A stretch of 64,000 nt of DNA from Kondoa subrosea (Eukaryota). A program made the position numbers and the translations under genes. Where the stretch lies: the NCBI GenBank assembly GCA_039545335.1, contig BCIN01000001.1:2731136-2795135 (forward strand), in the 5' to 3' direction. Position 1 is the stretch's first letter, and the number at the start of each line of letters is the position of its first letter. The notes beneath the pieces are model-generated. The model was not told where the DNA came from. It saw only the letters and a list, made by a program, of their open reading frames with translations, and did not search any database. Shown one piece after another: positions 1 through 13,616 of the stretch.

Positions 1-338
1 CGTTCTCTAAATCTTCGAAATCAATCTTGAGCAGTCCATCTTTCGTAAATCCATAAGGTAGACCGAGAGTAGCCGTGACTGTGACTTGATTGCTTCCTAT
101 TGACCTGTAGCCCAGCAGAGTACCAAAAACTCTGTCTTGCTCTGAGGGTCGCCTCAAATGGTGATCCAGAATAGAGGCCAAAGGGATAGCAGTCAGATTG
201 ACTGCAGGAGTCGTGCCACTGCTGCTTGAGGCGAAGAGAGAAGACATAGCTAGAGCCTATCGCGGTGTCGAAACAAAACGGCTCGGAATTTTCATGCGTG
301 TCTGGCTTGTCTAGTTACCTCGACGAAGCATCCCTATC

Positions 339-1746
339 ATGGCAGCTTCAGCAGTGTTTGACACTTCTTACACTCAGACCGTAGCAGGAGGAGCCGTCTC
401 TATCCTTTTGGATCCTTTCGAACGCCAGATCACGAATTTGGCTCAATTGCTGTCTCTCTCGCCTAGCATATGCAGTGCAGACTCAGCTAGACCTGCATTC
501 ATAGAAGAATATAGTCAGGCTGCAAGAGCTGCGCAAGATCAGCAAGCAAAGGAAGCAGTGTTGAGCAAGATTGATGAATTGCTGAAAAGTCAAAAGGACG
601 CTTTAAGCGGGTTGCAGCAGTCAAGTCAGTGACAGCGTATGTCTATCTGGTATAACTCTGACTCATGACATTTGTCACCAGCTCAAGTGGAATTCGTCAA
701 TCTATACTTGGCGACTCTGCATTCAGTTTACACTGATGCCTCTTCTGAAAAGCTTTCTTCCCTCTTGAGCACCCTTTTCTCATCCATCACAACACCAGCA
801 ACTCTATCTACAGCATTACACTTCGTCTCCCCTTCTTCACCTCAAGCTATTCGACAGCAATTAATCAGCAAACTCATTTCTTCGCCTGATTTCGCTCTAG
901 ATAACCTGGATCATCTGACTTCCCTACCGACTACATTGGCTCAATGGGATCTGCCTCTTTCAGATGCCGAAGACTATTTGTCAACCATTGTCGCTTCCCT
1001 CCTTGAACACGAGAACCATTCTGCAGCCTATGGACTCCTCAAATCCTACTTTGATCCTTCTTCACCTTACTCCTCTTCTACTTCTACAAGTGCAAAGGGC
1101 AAAGAACTACAAACATCTTTCATTAGACTATCGTTGAATCAGCAAGGCGTTTTTGGTTTCCCTTCATTCACAACCCAACATCAAGCGGAACAGAAAATAG
1201 TGGATTACCTCTTTTCTCGTTCAGATTCATTGGAGATCCCTTCCTCTTCTTCTGATGAATCATCAGTGCAAGTGAACAAGGAAATTGTGGAGAACAAGAA
1301 ATTGTCTTTGGTGATTGCAAAATTGCTTGGAGCTTATGTAGGCAAAAAGATTAGTTATTCTGAAGTAAGACAAGCTGTACAAGTCGGTGGAGATGAGGAA
1401 GAAGACGTAGAAGCTGTCATTATCGATGGTCAGTTACCTTTCGAAATCCCAATCATTCGTGTTTTTGATTGATTCGTAATGGTGATTAACAGCTATCAAA
1501 TCTAAATTGATTCAAGCAAGACTCAATCAACCACTCAAACAAATTTCAGTCCTTTCATCTGCTTATTCATCTTTGGAAGCAGCATTACCTTCCTCCAATG
1601 CTGAAGAAATGAAGCAGCTCAAGAGGGAGCAATGGGAATTGGTTCGTTCTAAATTGCAAGCTGCTAAGAAGGGAGTAGATGGTGTGCTTAAGGGATTGCA
1701 AGGAGCGCTTGGTACAGAGGTCAAGGAGGTTGAAGTTGGTGCTTAG
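339..1746 (+). CDS. EIF3M: Translation initiation factor eIF3 subunit M (PCI domain), 3 exons
   Basis: ORFs 339, 672 and 1507 join through GT-AG introns. The C-terminal PCI-like segment reads ISYSEV...VEAVIIDAIKSKLIQARLNQP...QWELVRSKL, which resembles eIF3m. Confidence 0.75.
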
Positions 1747-1903
1747 ATCAGCGCGATTATTCGACTGGTAACGAAAATACATCGTGAACCTTCTCTAGCA
1801 TACATATATGCGATGATGATGACGGCCGTGAGAAAGTGAACCAAGTCTGTGTTTGCCTTTTTTCGCACTTAGGCCCCTTGGCACCAAACATCGAACTCTC
1901 GAT

Positions 1904-2880
1904 ATGTTCTCGCATCAAAAGCTCGCCCTAATAGCTCTCAGCTCACTCTTCACCTGTCCGTAGCACCCTCATCCGTGGACACAGCCTGAGCTGAGCTCGA
2001 CCTAAATAGACTCAACGGCACAAGAAACAGTCTCTCTGTTTTTGCCTCAGACTTATGCTGCAGGTGCTCAAGTCTCGATTGTTGGCGACGCAGCAGGTTT
2101 AGGTGGTGCAGACACGACTGTGCGGTATGATTTGCCTTTTGTTTAGGATTGTGCTAATTCCCTTCATGAAAGTTCGTTGCCTCCTATGCAGCGGCCGGAG
2201 AGGCTCCCTTTACAGCAGTAGTCAATAATGGAGTGTTCATTGCTACTCAAGCAGATGGAGGTGTGATGTCGTGTGCATTGGACGCGCAGAATGCGTACTG
2301 CAAGTCAGTTCGAAAGGCTGTATGCATCTGCTCGACAAATCTCAATGATGTCTCTTCGTAGCTACGCCAATACGGCTGTAGTGCCTCCAGTCTATAGCTA
2401 GTACGTGATCCTGTCAATCAAGCGTCCTTCGTTCCTTCGTTTGACCGTTTGTGTTAGTTTCCAACAACCCGTAGCCCGTAAGTTCGGTTCATCGTGTTGA
2501 TGATTTTGTAATTTAACGCCTCTGAGAATAGCTGCCGCAACTGCTACTGTTGGCGATACAGCAGCAGTAACTACTTCTGCGCCTGTCAGCTCTACTACAT
2601 CAAGTCAAACATCATCTACTCAAGCGAGTTCTTCACAAAGAGTAGCTCAAGAAGAAGGAGCAGCACCATCTTCAAGCACACCAGCGACTACAGCTACATA
2701 CTTCCCGTGAGTTTGCCTCTTTTGCTGCATGACCTGAATCTGAATGTCATTTGCTTGTCCCGTTCCAGAACGCAAACTTTGTCCGCCAATGTCTTTGCTC
2801 CATCATCGGACGCTCCTTCTCTGGCGATCCCTAGCCTTGTAGCCGGATTCTTTGTAGTGCTCGCCCTCGCGTTGCTGTGA
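1904..2880 (+). CDS. Secreted, probably GPI-anchored Ser/Thr-rich cell-surface protein (multi-exon, absent from the ORF track)
   Basis: Manual splicing gives a signal peptide MFSHQKLALIALSSLF..STA, then QETVSLFLPQTYAAGAQVSIVG, a Ser/Thr-rich stalk (TTSAPVSSTTSSQTSST) and a hydrophobic end SSDAPSLAIPSLVAGFFVVLALALL*. Confidence 0.65.
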
Positions 2881-3093
2881 AGATGTATAAGGGTCGGACT
2901 GGACATTTTCTTTTAGATCCGCTTAACATACATATCGCATACATACTTCATATTTCAGTAATGTCAGACTTATCCCTCGTTCTATATCGTTGAAGGACAA
3001 AGGGAAGCCAAAGCAGATTATACGCAACCCGATCAACGAGGCTTCATGATGACTATATTACAGGATGCTAGAGTGTAGAAAGAGAGAGAGATC

Positions 3094-4805
3094 TTAATCA
3101 TCCCTGTTCTGCTGCTTTCCCTTTGGTTCCTTAACGATCAAATCCGCTTGCAAAAGTTTCATCCGCAGCAAAAGAGCTCTGTTAGTCTTCTCCGTTTGTT
3201 TGCCTACTTCTAGAGCGCGCTTGAAGAGTTCCGATCGTTGAGAAGGATCGTGTGCTTTCAGGACCTGTCAGACAAAAGAAAGGACCAGCTATAAGATACA
3301 GCTAGATCCACTTAAATGACGCTGACCTTGTTCTTAGTATCGATTCTGGCTTTAAGATTACCATTCTGTACCAATTCCACCACATCCTCCATCATCTCTT
3401 CTTCCGACCACCCGAAAGCGCCTGCCATTCTTTCTAAACTAACTGAACCAAAAGGTGAAAAGTATTGAACGACCGCTCTGTTCTTGATCGCAGTCATTAA
3501 AGCTGGTAAATGAGGATTGAGATGAAGATCCAATGCCGCTCGAGGATGATAGCGATCCAATAATTCCAAAGCGAGTTTATACTTGCTTTCGTAGAATGCT
3601 GCAACGATTTCTTTTAAATGTGGTTCCAATTCCAATAAAGGTCGAAGATCAGTGTTGTCCACTACTCTTCTTTTGAGATGAGGTCGATCGAAAGTAGCCA
3701 AAGCGCATAAAGTAGCGTAAAGAGCAATGTCATTAGGTGCAATGTAGTGATGAGCATCAGCTTGTCTGACACCTGATCCGATTCGTAACAAGTTGATACC
3801 AGCTTTGTAATAATTGCCTTGACCTAAATCAGCCACACCGAGAGCGATAGCTAATCTTTCAATCGTTGCATTCTTTTCTCTTTCTGCTGCTTCTTCTTCT
3901 CTCGTTGCACCAGTGGCTACCATACCAGGTAAGTTGACTTGTTGTTTCTTTGCTTGACCGCCTCCAGCTGCACCAGATCCCGAAGCTTGTTGACCTGATA
4001 AAGCTTCCATTGCGGCTTCTGCTTTGACAACGTAATTGCGAACGAAAGCATAGTTCTGCATTTCCATGGCTACTTCAATGACTGAGAGACACATTTCGAC
4101 TACATGAGCTGGAGTGGAACAGAAATCACGAGACTTTGTGTGCGAGCGAATAGAGAGTTGTAGTTCTCCTGCTCGATGGTAGTAATTGCCTAGATCACGA
4201 TGTCCCATCTGTGAGATCAACGGTATACCATATCAGTCTGAGGCTGATAAGAGGAACTTCGACCACTCACGCGAATCGATTCTTTGATCAAGTTGTTCTG
4301 ATAATTCTTCAGTTCGACCTCAAGCTTGTCCAGCTCTTTGTTTGAGCTTCGACGAGTCGTATCTGCCCAAGATTGGTCCAAAGGCAAAGGAGATTTGTCC
4401 GCCGCAGCGAGCGCAGCTTGAGTAGGATGTTCAGCTGAAGCACATTCTTTCTTGAAGTTGTTCAGAGCTGTATTGTGCTCCTGAACGACTGTAGTGTAGA
4501 GACCATGATCCAGAGTTGAGTCCTTGAGCGTTGATGCGGCCAGCGTATAAGCTTCTAATGCCAATTTTGGACAAGCTCGAGCGATGAACAGGAGACGCTG
4601 AGCTCTTCTGCGACCTGTTCATTGGCACTAGCGTCTCAGCGCTGATACAACAGAGCAGGAGATATAGCAATGCGGACAAACCTGAGTAATTGTCTGCATA
4701 CAGGGCAAGATCAAACACCGAAGGATCAGGTAAGTCTACTGTCTTGATCGCTTTGCTGGTAGAGCTGGTGTTGCTCGAGCTGGCCACGGGCACATCGACG
4801 TCCAT
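3094..4805 (-). CDS. CSN1: COP9 signalosome subunit 1 (RPN7/PCI domains)
   Basis: Motifs KLEVELKNYQNNLIKESIR|MGHRDLGNYY, NDIALYATLCALATFDR and QYFSPFGSV..MAGAFG...LKARIDTKNKVL. Start is MDVDVP at 4805. Confidence 0.9.
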
Positions 4806-5337
4806 ACTTCGCGGTTCTTGGGCAATGAGCAAGCTTCTTGGGCAGCTTCTTGAACAGGGACGGTCATGTCATGAGCTGAGCGGGTATCTTCAGGTTCACC
4901 TTATACTCACGGCGAGAGCTCTGCAGCTTTACACGCCAAAGTCGAGCTGTGCTGTGATCTCGCGCTTCCAACTCGAAGTGTGCTTTGGAGATTACTCCTT
5001 TCTCTCTCTCGCTCCTCCCTTCGCATGCATAGGCTTCTGTCTTTTGCATATAGTCTTCTTCATCGCGCGCATTGTAATTTTGACTGATGTCGATTGTCTG
5101 ACCTTACTTTTGTTGTTCGATCTTCTATGAGATCTGGCTATTTTGATGTGGACTGCCTACTGGTATGAGGCTCGACAGAGCGCTGTTCTTCTCTCTCTCC
5201 TTTCTCACTTCCATCTCGAACTACTTCTCAGGTCAACTGGTTGATCTTCTCCTCTGGCCAGGAAGTCAAACCCTCTCGAACGCCGGTCGTTCTCCATCAC
5301 TCTTTCACTACACTCTCTCTTTAACACCACACACAAA

Positions 5338-7557
5338 ATGCCTAGATCAAAGATGCAACGTATTCGATCAGTAGCCTGCCTCTCGGTTTTGGCTCTGTCA
5401 ACCTCGACCCTCGCTCTGCCGGTCAGCAGTGAAGTTCCAGAAGTAGCTATTCCTCTCAGTCGTATCTCTGCCGATCTTTTGTCTGGCGATCTCTTCTTGC
5501 CCGATGTTCTTTCCCTGCACATCAAAGGTCTCCAAGACAAATATGACCAGAACGCTCGCAATTACTTGAAAAACACTGGCAAATCTCTTTGGCTTGAAGG
5601 TTTCAACTCTACTTCCTCAGTCGAAGATCAAACAGATAAAGATACAGATGCTGTTGATGGACAAGACAATTCTTCAGCTTCAATGTCAGCTTCGAGCTCT
5701 TCTACTCCCTCAGCTATGATGCGTCAAGTTGTCTCAGCTTCTTCTTCTCGCCCCTCAGCTTCACCTTACCGTGCTGGATCTTTTCTAGATAAGGGAAACC
5801 CCTCAGCTGCTACACCTTGCCCTACTGCTTCTGCAGCGGTCTTGATGGACGATGACAACGATGATTCAGATTCCGACGATTCGTCGGATAATGATGACGA
5901 AGACTTTTCTCCGTCTACAAGCATGGACATTAACTCAATACTACCTGCTGCGGACCTGAGAAGAAGACAAGCAGCTTCTCCTTCTTATGGGCCACCAGCT
6001 TCTTTCCCTCCCCATCGGGTTCTGATCCCCTCTATGGCTGTTACTGCTCAAGCTTCCGTTCCTACTGCACAACCTAACAATTTCATGGACACCATTCCTC
6101 TTGACCCTGATCAAGATACTCATCAACTCAACAGTGACTTCCTCACTCAAGATTTTTTGGCTGCTTCAACTTCATCTGCTTCAGCAATGCCAGTTTCTGG
6201 TTCTGGTTCAGCTTCAAGAATGCCACCAAGACCTTCTTCTTCAGCAGTATCTGAAATGATGTCTCAGTCATCAGGAATGGCATCTAAATCTGGATCGGTT
6301 TCACTGTCAAAAGTATCAGCTTCAGCTTCAGCTTCTGGATCTGCTCGTTCTTCTCTACCTTCTGCTGGCAATCGAGCTGCTACGGCTGGTGATCCTTTAA
6401 GATCAAACGGTGGTGGAACACTTTGGACTGGTCCGATTGCTATTGGTAGCAATAAGCAACAATTCGTTATCGATTTTGATACCGTATGTCTCACTTTTCC
6501 TGACATTTACCTGATTTCGTAACTGATTTAGTTTCTTTTAGGGATCCGCTGATCTTTGGGTTCCCGCTAGAAGATGTGGAACGGATTGCGGTACTCACAA
6601 TCGATATGACAGCAGTACTTCTCGTTCATACACTCCCGATGGCGATCCATTCACAATCACTTATGGCGATGGTTCTACTACTTCTGGTTCCACTCTATAC
6701 GATGATGTCAACATTGGTGGAATGATTGCACAAGAGTCAGTTTCCCTTCTTATTGGTTGAGAATTGCAAGCTGATTCCCGGGTTTGATAGACAAAAACTC
6801 GCTCAAGTTGATCAAGCCAGTTCAACATTCGCAGCTGAACCAGAAGATGGTATTCTCGGCATGGCTTTTCAAACCATTAGCGAAATGAACACTTCACCTT
6901 TCTTCCAGACTGCGGTTCAACAGAAAGCAACCAAAGCATCTGTTTTCGCTTTCCGTTTGGCTGATAAAGGTGGTGAATTATACTTGGGTGGTGTTAACAA
7001 GAACAAATTCACTGGTCCTATCGAATACCACAACCTCAATTCGGATGCTTACTGGCAACTTCCTGGAAAAGCACTCGTCAATGGGAAGGCAGCCATCAAC
7101 AATTCCTTCATTATGGACACCGGTTCTTCTTTGATTATTGCTCCTCCCAATGAAGCTCAAACTTGGTGGGACAAAGTTCCAGGTAGCGAACCTGTTCCAG
7201 GAAGTGATGGTTATTACAGCTATCCTTGTAATTCTCCTCCAGCGGTAGGTTATCTCCCTTACTGCTTATTGGCATGACTTATTAGTGGGATCAGGTGGCT
7301 TTCTCTTTCGGCGGACGCGCTTGGAAGATTGCGCCTGAAAACTTCAACTTGGGTAAACTTGAAGATGGATCAGACCAATGTGTAGGTGCTGTTGTTGGCG
7401 TAGATATCCAAATCCCAGTCTGGATCTTGGGAGTGAGTCTGCATTTCCGCATTGCCGAATGTCAGCTGATGAGAGTGCATAGGATGTCTTCTTGACCAGC
7501 GTCTACTCTGTCTATGATGTCGGAAATACCAGAGTTGGTCTGGCTTTGCCAAAGTAA
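5338..7557 (+). CDS. Secreted pepsin-like aspartic protease (A1) with a very long Ser-rich pro-region
   Basis: Signal peptide; first catalytic FDT|GSADLWVP is split by an intron; also YGDGS, DGILGMAF, second DTGSS, WILGDVFL and VYDVGNTRVGLA. Confidence 0.9.
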
Positions 7558-7632
7558 ACGGGAATGGGATAGCTTTGTACCGATTAGAGGGTTTTGTGCA
7601 ATTTGAGCGATCATAAGGGGATTGTTTCAATT

Positions 7633-10227
7633 CTATGACTCGACTACAACTTCTTCAACCTCCTCTATTACTTCTTCAGTCCATTCTTCGACCTTCTCAA
7701 GTTTCTCTTGAGCAACAGCCTCGACTGTCTTTGAAGCAACACCTTTGCCCAGCTCTTGTCTTTCTTGCTCGACTTGAGCCTTGACTCGTGCTCTCCAGGC
7801 ATTCCATTCGCTGACAAGACGTCTTCTTTGATCGAGCAATTCTTTGCTGACATTGCTTTCTTCCGCAGCATCGAGTTCTTCGAATTGTTTCGAGTAGTCT
7901 CGCAAGTTTCTGCGAATCTTCTTTTGATCTGCTCGAGTGAGGAGTGTAGGTGGTCGAGGTCTCCAAAGGACTTGCTTCATCTTGTCTAGCGTGTTCTTTG
8001 TGATTTCAGTGCCAGAGAATGAGTAGACTCCATAACCAGGTTCCATCTGTCAGAAGAAGCTCACGCCTCAGCTTTAGTACGAGCAGACATCGGGCGAGAC
8101 TGACCGATGAAGACCACATGCTGCCAGTGACAGTGACATATCGACCACTTGGATCCCACTCAATAGCAGTCATACCGTAGTGCTCGATAGTTGCAAGCAA
8201 TTGAATACCAGCCGCAAGATCAGCCGCAGCTGATTGTTGGCCGCCAACTTCATGTCGGCCTTCTAAATCCATATCCCAGAATTCCATGTCGAATTTTGAA
8301 GATGAGCCCAGAGTTGCAGCAACGAGATGTCGACCTTTCGGTGACCAGAAGACTGTGTTGCAGGATTTGCCCTCGAAAGTTTCTGACAGGAGCAAAAGGT
8401 CGTAGTCAGTATTTGACAGCGCATCCGTTCCTCTACTGACTGAGTAATCTGAAATCGCCTTTCCTGCTGTCAAGCTGATAGAATCGAAGATCAGTCTTGT
8501 AAGTAGCTCCGGGTGCGAGGTTGATAATGTTGGGATCATTTGTAGTAATCAAAGCAAAACGATCGCCTTTTGGTTCCCAAGCGAAAGCAGTAACAGTGTC
8601 TGTGTGTTCATAAACGAAAAGAGAATCAGAAACAAACTGCCTCCCTCTTGATGCTTGTACGCACCTTTGAGATCGATACTTTCGACTGGTAGACCTTTCT
8701 CTCTAACACGGAAGACTTCGAGATTGCAGAAAAGAGTCTTTTTTGTCTTTGTATGCCTGTCAACTTTGACGCAAAGGAAGTCCCCATTTGATTGCCAATG
8801 AATCTTGCACTGTCAGTCAAAACAACTGTGTATCAGTCGTGAAACTGAGATGGAAAGATCCTGACTGACATCTGAAACGTTGACCAAATTCTTACTCCTC
8901 AAAGCGGTTCTTCCAGGTAAGCTAAGTAAAGTAACTCTAGCCGGTTGATTTGCGATTTCCGGAGTCCAGTAGGCCATCATGTTTTCTCTTTCAGCGCCAA
9001 CTTTTTCTCCTTTGGCCAACGCTTCTTCTCTAGCATAGTCTTCTTCCCTCTCTTGTTGACCTAAAGGTCTCCATTCAAAGTCCGCTACACCATCGATTTT
9101 GATTGATTTCTTTCCCAACAAACCCATATCCGGTGCTTCATAAACTGAAATATGACTTCCAGGTGTAATACGAGCGAAATACTTTTCATCACCAGACCAT
9201 TTGAAAACAGGCCAAATGAATTGGGTTTTTGTAGTTTTGCCTTCTTCTGCTGAAGAGGATGCTGAAGGAGGAGTAACCATTGGGAAAGAACGCAACATTT
9301 TTCCAGTTAGAATTTCCCAAATACAGATATGATTGCCTTCGTCTGCTTCGGTGAAGGGAAAGTTTGGGTTCGAAAGAGCTCCTTGAGGAATTTCCAGAGG
9401 TCGGCGAGACCAAGTGATGAGGTATCTTTCATTTGGTGAGAAATCAATGAGGGTGGCTTCGGGGTGAGCGAAGCGATTGATTCTTCCGAAGCTTGATCCA
9501 CCCCATAAAGCTACACCAGGCCCGTGAATTGTTGCTAAGTACATTCCTTGAGGGGACCAGGCGGTATAAGATTCGGTCCATTTGTTTCTTTCGGCTGAAG
9601 GTTCGACTGCTAGCGATCCATTGCGATTGAAGTAGGAGACTGAAAGATCGTCACCACGAAGAATAGACAGTTGATCTCTTGATTGCGCGTCGCCTAGCCA
9701 AGAGCGAAGATGTTCCTGTACGCAAGAGAGGAAGCTGTCGTATCAGCCAAAGCTGGTCTTTTGCCAGCCGTTTAACGCACTCTGTCTTTATATTCCTGAG
9801 CAGCTGGTTCATCAAAGTCCTCTTTCACTTGTTCGTTCAACCGTTCCACTTCATCAAAAGTTCTTACACCCAAAGTATGCCTCTTATCGAATTTGTGACC
9901 GTCACAGACAGTAGCCGCTTGAGCAGCCGTAGTAGGATCTTTGAGTATGACGAAGAGAACACCTTTTGACTGAGCATCTTCTGCGGTAGACATGGGCATA
10001 TGAATTTCTTGAACTGCGAAACCTCTAGAATCAAAGACTTTCTTCATGGCTGCTATCAATTTAGTCTTCTTGTCGTTTCCTACCACTGGCGCGCCGTCTA
10101 CCAAAAGTGAAGAGGCCAGAGGTAGCGAGAATTGTGGTGCATGTTTAGCTTCGATGTCTGAGTACAGAGAGGGATCGTCGAGGTCCAACTCTTCATCATC
10201 GTAGTCTGCTGGATTGTAGCCTGGCAT
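7633..10227 (-). CDS. PRT1: Translation initiation factor eIF3 subunit B (RRM plus beta-propeller)
   Basis: N-terminal RRM ([24 protein letters not shown]), [43 protein letters not shown] and C-terminal [23 protein letters not shown]. Confidence 0.95.
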
Positions 10228-10601
10228 GATTGCTTGTTTGTTCGAACTTGGTGCAATTTACTGGCTCGACAAAAGAAAGTGTAGCCCAAAAAGCGAGAGT
10301 TTGCTCTCTTACGTGGCTTTATTGCTGGAATAGAAAGAGCTCAGATATACTCCAGGGATAGGACAAGGTATTATGGCTGCTGGAGGAAGAGCAATGCAAC
10401 GAATTTTTCGAATTGCTGCTCGTCCTGTATCAGTGATATTCTTGTACTCTGACTGCGTTCCAGAAGGCCTGCACACTACATCTGAAGTCTCTTTGCCTGT
10501 GGTATCTGGTTTACGCGGCCTACATCGACTCTCTTTCACTCATCGAACGCAACTGTTTTGGGCAAGAACCTGGCTGGTCTGTCGAATACTGAAGCGTCAA
10601 G

Positions 10602-11802
10602 ATGGTGTCACATAAGATTGCCTTTCGCAAACTGGGCAGGCCGACAGCTCATCGAATGCTTATGCTTCGAAATCTGGTCTCTTCGCTGATCGAACAGTCA
10701 GTCTCTGGCTCTACATTACAATTCTCCTGACTAATTAACGGATGTCATATAACAGTGAACATATCAAAACTACTGTACCGAAAGCTAAAGAAACTGCACG
10801 GCTAGTAGAAAAAGTGATTACTTGGGGTAAGAAAGGGCTACGACAACACAAGACCCTAGCCAATTCTTTCCTACTCGTCCGTTCTTTCCTTTCCTTTCTT
10901 TTCCTATGCGCCTTGTTGACGTGATCTCTGTTGATTAGAACAATCATTTAACTCATTCCAAAGTCTTTACTGAATTATCAAAACGATACGCTCATCGACC
11001 AGGTGGCTATACTCGGATCCATCTATACGGTCATCGATCTGGAGATCATGCACCTTCCGCGATCCTCGAACTAGTAGACAGTCCTCAAGATCTAAAATTC
11101 ACTTCCACAGCAATGGCAGTAGGAAGAGAACTAGCTCTTATAGCAACTACTTGTGGTTTAAACCCAACGAAAGCGATTTTATACAATGAGAAAGCTTTAT
11201 TAGCTGCGAAATGGAGGAGTTTAGAAATTGAAGCAACGCCGAACCCAGATGGGTTGCCTCAAGCGTTTGATTTGTTAAGGGAAGAAACTTTGCGCAACGT
11301 CAAGAAATCTTTGGCTTTCCGATCTACAAAGAATGAATCATTACAAGAATTCAATACTTTAGCTAAAGAAGCTTTTGATAAAACTTTGGCATCACAAAAA
11401 CAAGGAAACGTTTATCAACCTGATTTAGTCAAAGCCGAACAATTGCACAATTGGAACGTGAAGGCTACTCCTAGAAGCGACTTCTATGCAGAACCTATTG
11501 CTCGACCTGTTATCGTACCTACTTTGACAAGACCGACTCGAGCTGGTGAAAGAAGGACGGATAGTACTGAAACAGGGGACACAGCATATAGTAGAGCTAT
11601 GGGAGAACAGCGGGCTATCCGAAGAGGGATACTGCGAGGGAATGATCGCTTGGTGCCGAGGATAAGAAGGTCAAGATCAGTCATACAATCGAGTCGAGCA
11701 GGATTGCAAGAACCACTTCCGCCCACAGAAGATGCTTCGTTTGTTCAGCAAGATTCGATACCACTTCGACAATCCCACCAGCAGGAAACGGTTAATGTAT
11801 GA
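10602..11802 (+). CDS. MRPL8: Mitochondrial ribosomal protein bL17m with a fungal C-terminal extension
   Basis: Spliced N-terminus [59 protein letters not shown]...[12 protein letters not shown] is the bL17 signature and joins ORF 11113-11802. Confidence 0.9.
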
Positions 11803-11886
11803 AAGGGTAAATGCACGGGTATTATCTCAAAAATGTTTGTACATAAATAATCTATCGTCGCATTGTCCTTCCTTCATTACATGTTT

Positions 11887-13616
11887 TCAATACCCTTGAG
11901 ATCGTTCTCTTTCTCCCGGCCATTGATGTTGCGTTGCTGGATGTCCATGACTTTGACCCTGAGCATAAGGATCTGCGTAGGTCGGTGAAGTGTAAACAGG
12001 TGAGGTGTAGGGACTGTAAGTTCCGCTTGTTGGTAGAGGCGGATAAGAAGGAGATTGTTTGTGAGGTGAGTAATTTTGACTACTTGCTTGTTGAGGTGGG
12101 TAAGAAGGCGATGTGTTATGAGAAGAATATTGTTGCTGTTGGCCTATGGCATAGGCAGGTGAAGATCTTGTAGGGGAGTCTCGGTATTGCTTCGTCGGCG
12201 AGACATGTACTGGAGATTGCTGTCTTTGTTGATAATTTTGACCTTGATTGTGATAGCCTTGATTTTGATCATATCGCGATGAGTTGCCGTATCGGTCTTC
12301 TCTATGATTGAAGTAAGACCCATACAAATCGCTCTTCACTTCTTCAGCATATGCATTGTCTACTGGTGCGTTGCTATAGAAAGCAGCTTGTGATCCCTTT
12401 TCCGGTTGCAGCTCATTACGCAGAGATGATGATTTAGATACGGTAGACTCGTTACGATTGTGCCCGATGAACGGTCTTTGAGCATTCGTGTCGCTTAGAG
12501 TAGAACTCGATTGACGATGATCCCATGTCGAAGAGTTGCGAGCTGCAATCTCTTGACCGGCTCTACAGACGGCAAGAGACCATGTCAGTACGGAGAAGCA
12601 TTGGCAAATCTTTGGCCACATACGCGGAATAGACACTGTTATACTTTGCGTGATCTCTTTTCTGTTCTGCCGAGTAGATTCGGGTTACCGCTATAAGATA
12701 GCTTTGAACGCAAACCTAATGCAGGTTTCAACACATACGAGCAAGCTAGATGCCAGTCACGCACAAAGAAAAGCCACAAGAAACCCATGATGCCTAATTG
12801 AACCCACATGAAGATATCGCAGATTTTTTCGCCGCTTGTCTCGCTCGAATCCAATTGCACTTGTGAGGCTTGAGTATCGCTACCAAGGAACTCTGCTAGG
12901 CCTGCATGTAACGGATCAAGTAGGTAACAAAGATGCGCGGGACATATTCGATGCTTACAAGCCATTTTCGCATCTGAGTGTTTTACTGCCGACAGTATGA
13001 TCCAGACTAGCGCTAGGAGGAGACATGTCGAGACCAGAGCAGCATTGGCTAGGGTGTATTTCCGATAGGCTTGCGGTTTTTCCTGTAAGTCGTAAGCTTT
13101 ACAGAAAGACCACAGGACTTTGTAATCGCTCGCTTACCTTGAAAACGCCAAAGAAACCCCAACCTTGTATTAGCGCTACAAGGATAGCGAAGACAGCTGT
13201 TATGTAGCTGCCGAAGCTTGGGATCTATATATACATCGGTAGATCAGCGACTGCAGTGCAGTGAATGGTTGCCAGACGAACAGCTACGGCATCGACTGAG
13301 AAGGAGCATTGAGCATGAGACGGGCACAACGAGCAATCTGCTCACTTGATGGAGCCGCTAGACACTAGCCCAAGCAGAAAGAAGCTATGGTCAGCCAATG
13401 CACAAGAAGTGTTCATCGAACGCCTCTCACCAGTACTCCCGCTGTCAATCCCACGACGAGCTGCTCGGCCAAAATAGCATATATGCCTATATTGTAGAGC
13501 GGTAGGGCGCAGCATAAATCTGTTACACATCAAACACATCCAGTTTCAGAAATGCTTCGATCTGATTGGGTCAAAGTAAGATGCGAGGGCGTACAGTCGC
13601 GTGATAGAAAGCCCAT
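11887..13616 (-). CDS. Uncharacterised ~4-TM (tetraspanin-like topology) membrane protein with a Gln/Tyr/Pro-rich cytoplasmic tail
   Basis: Spliced MGFLSRDYLCCALPLYNIGIYAILAEQLVVGLTAGVL, then ITAVFAILVALIQGWGFFGVFK, LANALVSTCLLLALVWIILS and ICDIFMWVQLGIMGFLWLFF, followed by low-complexity ORF 11887-12636. Confidence 0.6.

Noticed and set aside
4690..5130. 146-aa plus-strand ORF
   Set aside because: It overlaps CSN1 antisense and the shared promoter region, has a non-ATG start and shows no homology signal.
10373..10615. 80-aa ORF between eIF3b and bL17m
   Set aside because: No recognisable motif; the real gene starts at 10602 in another frame, so this is probably promoter or UTR.
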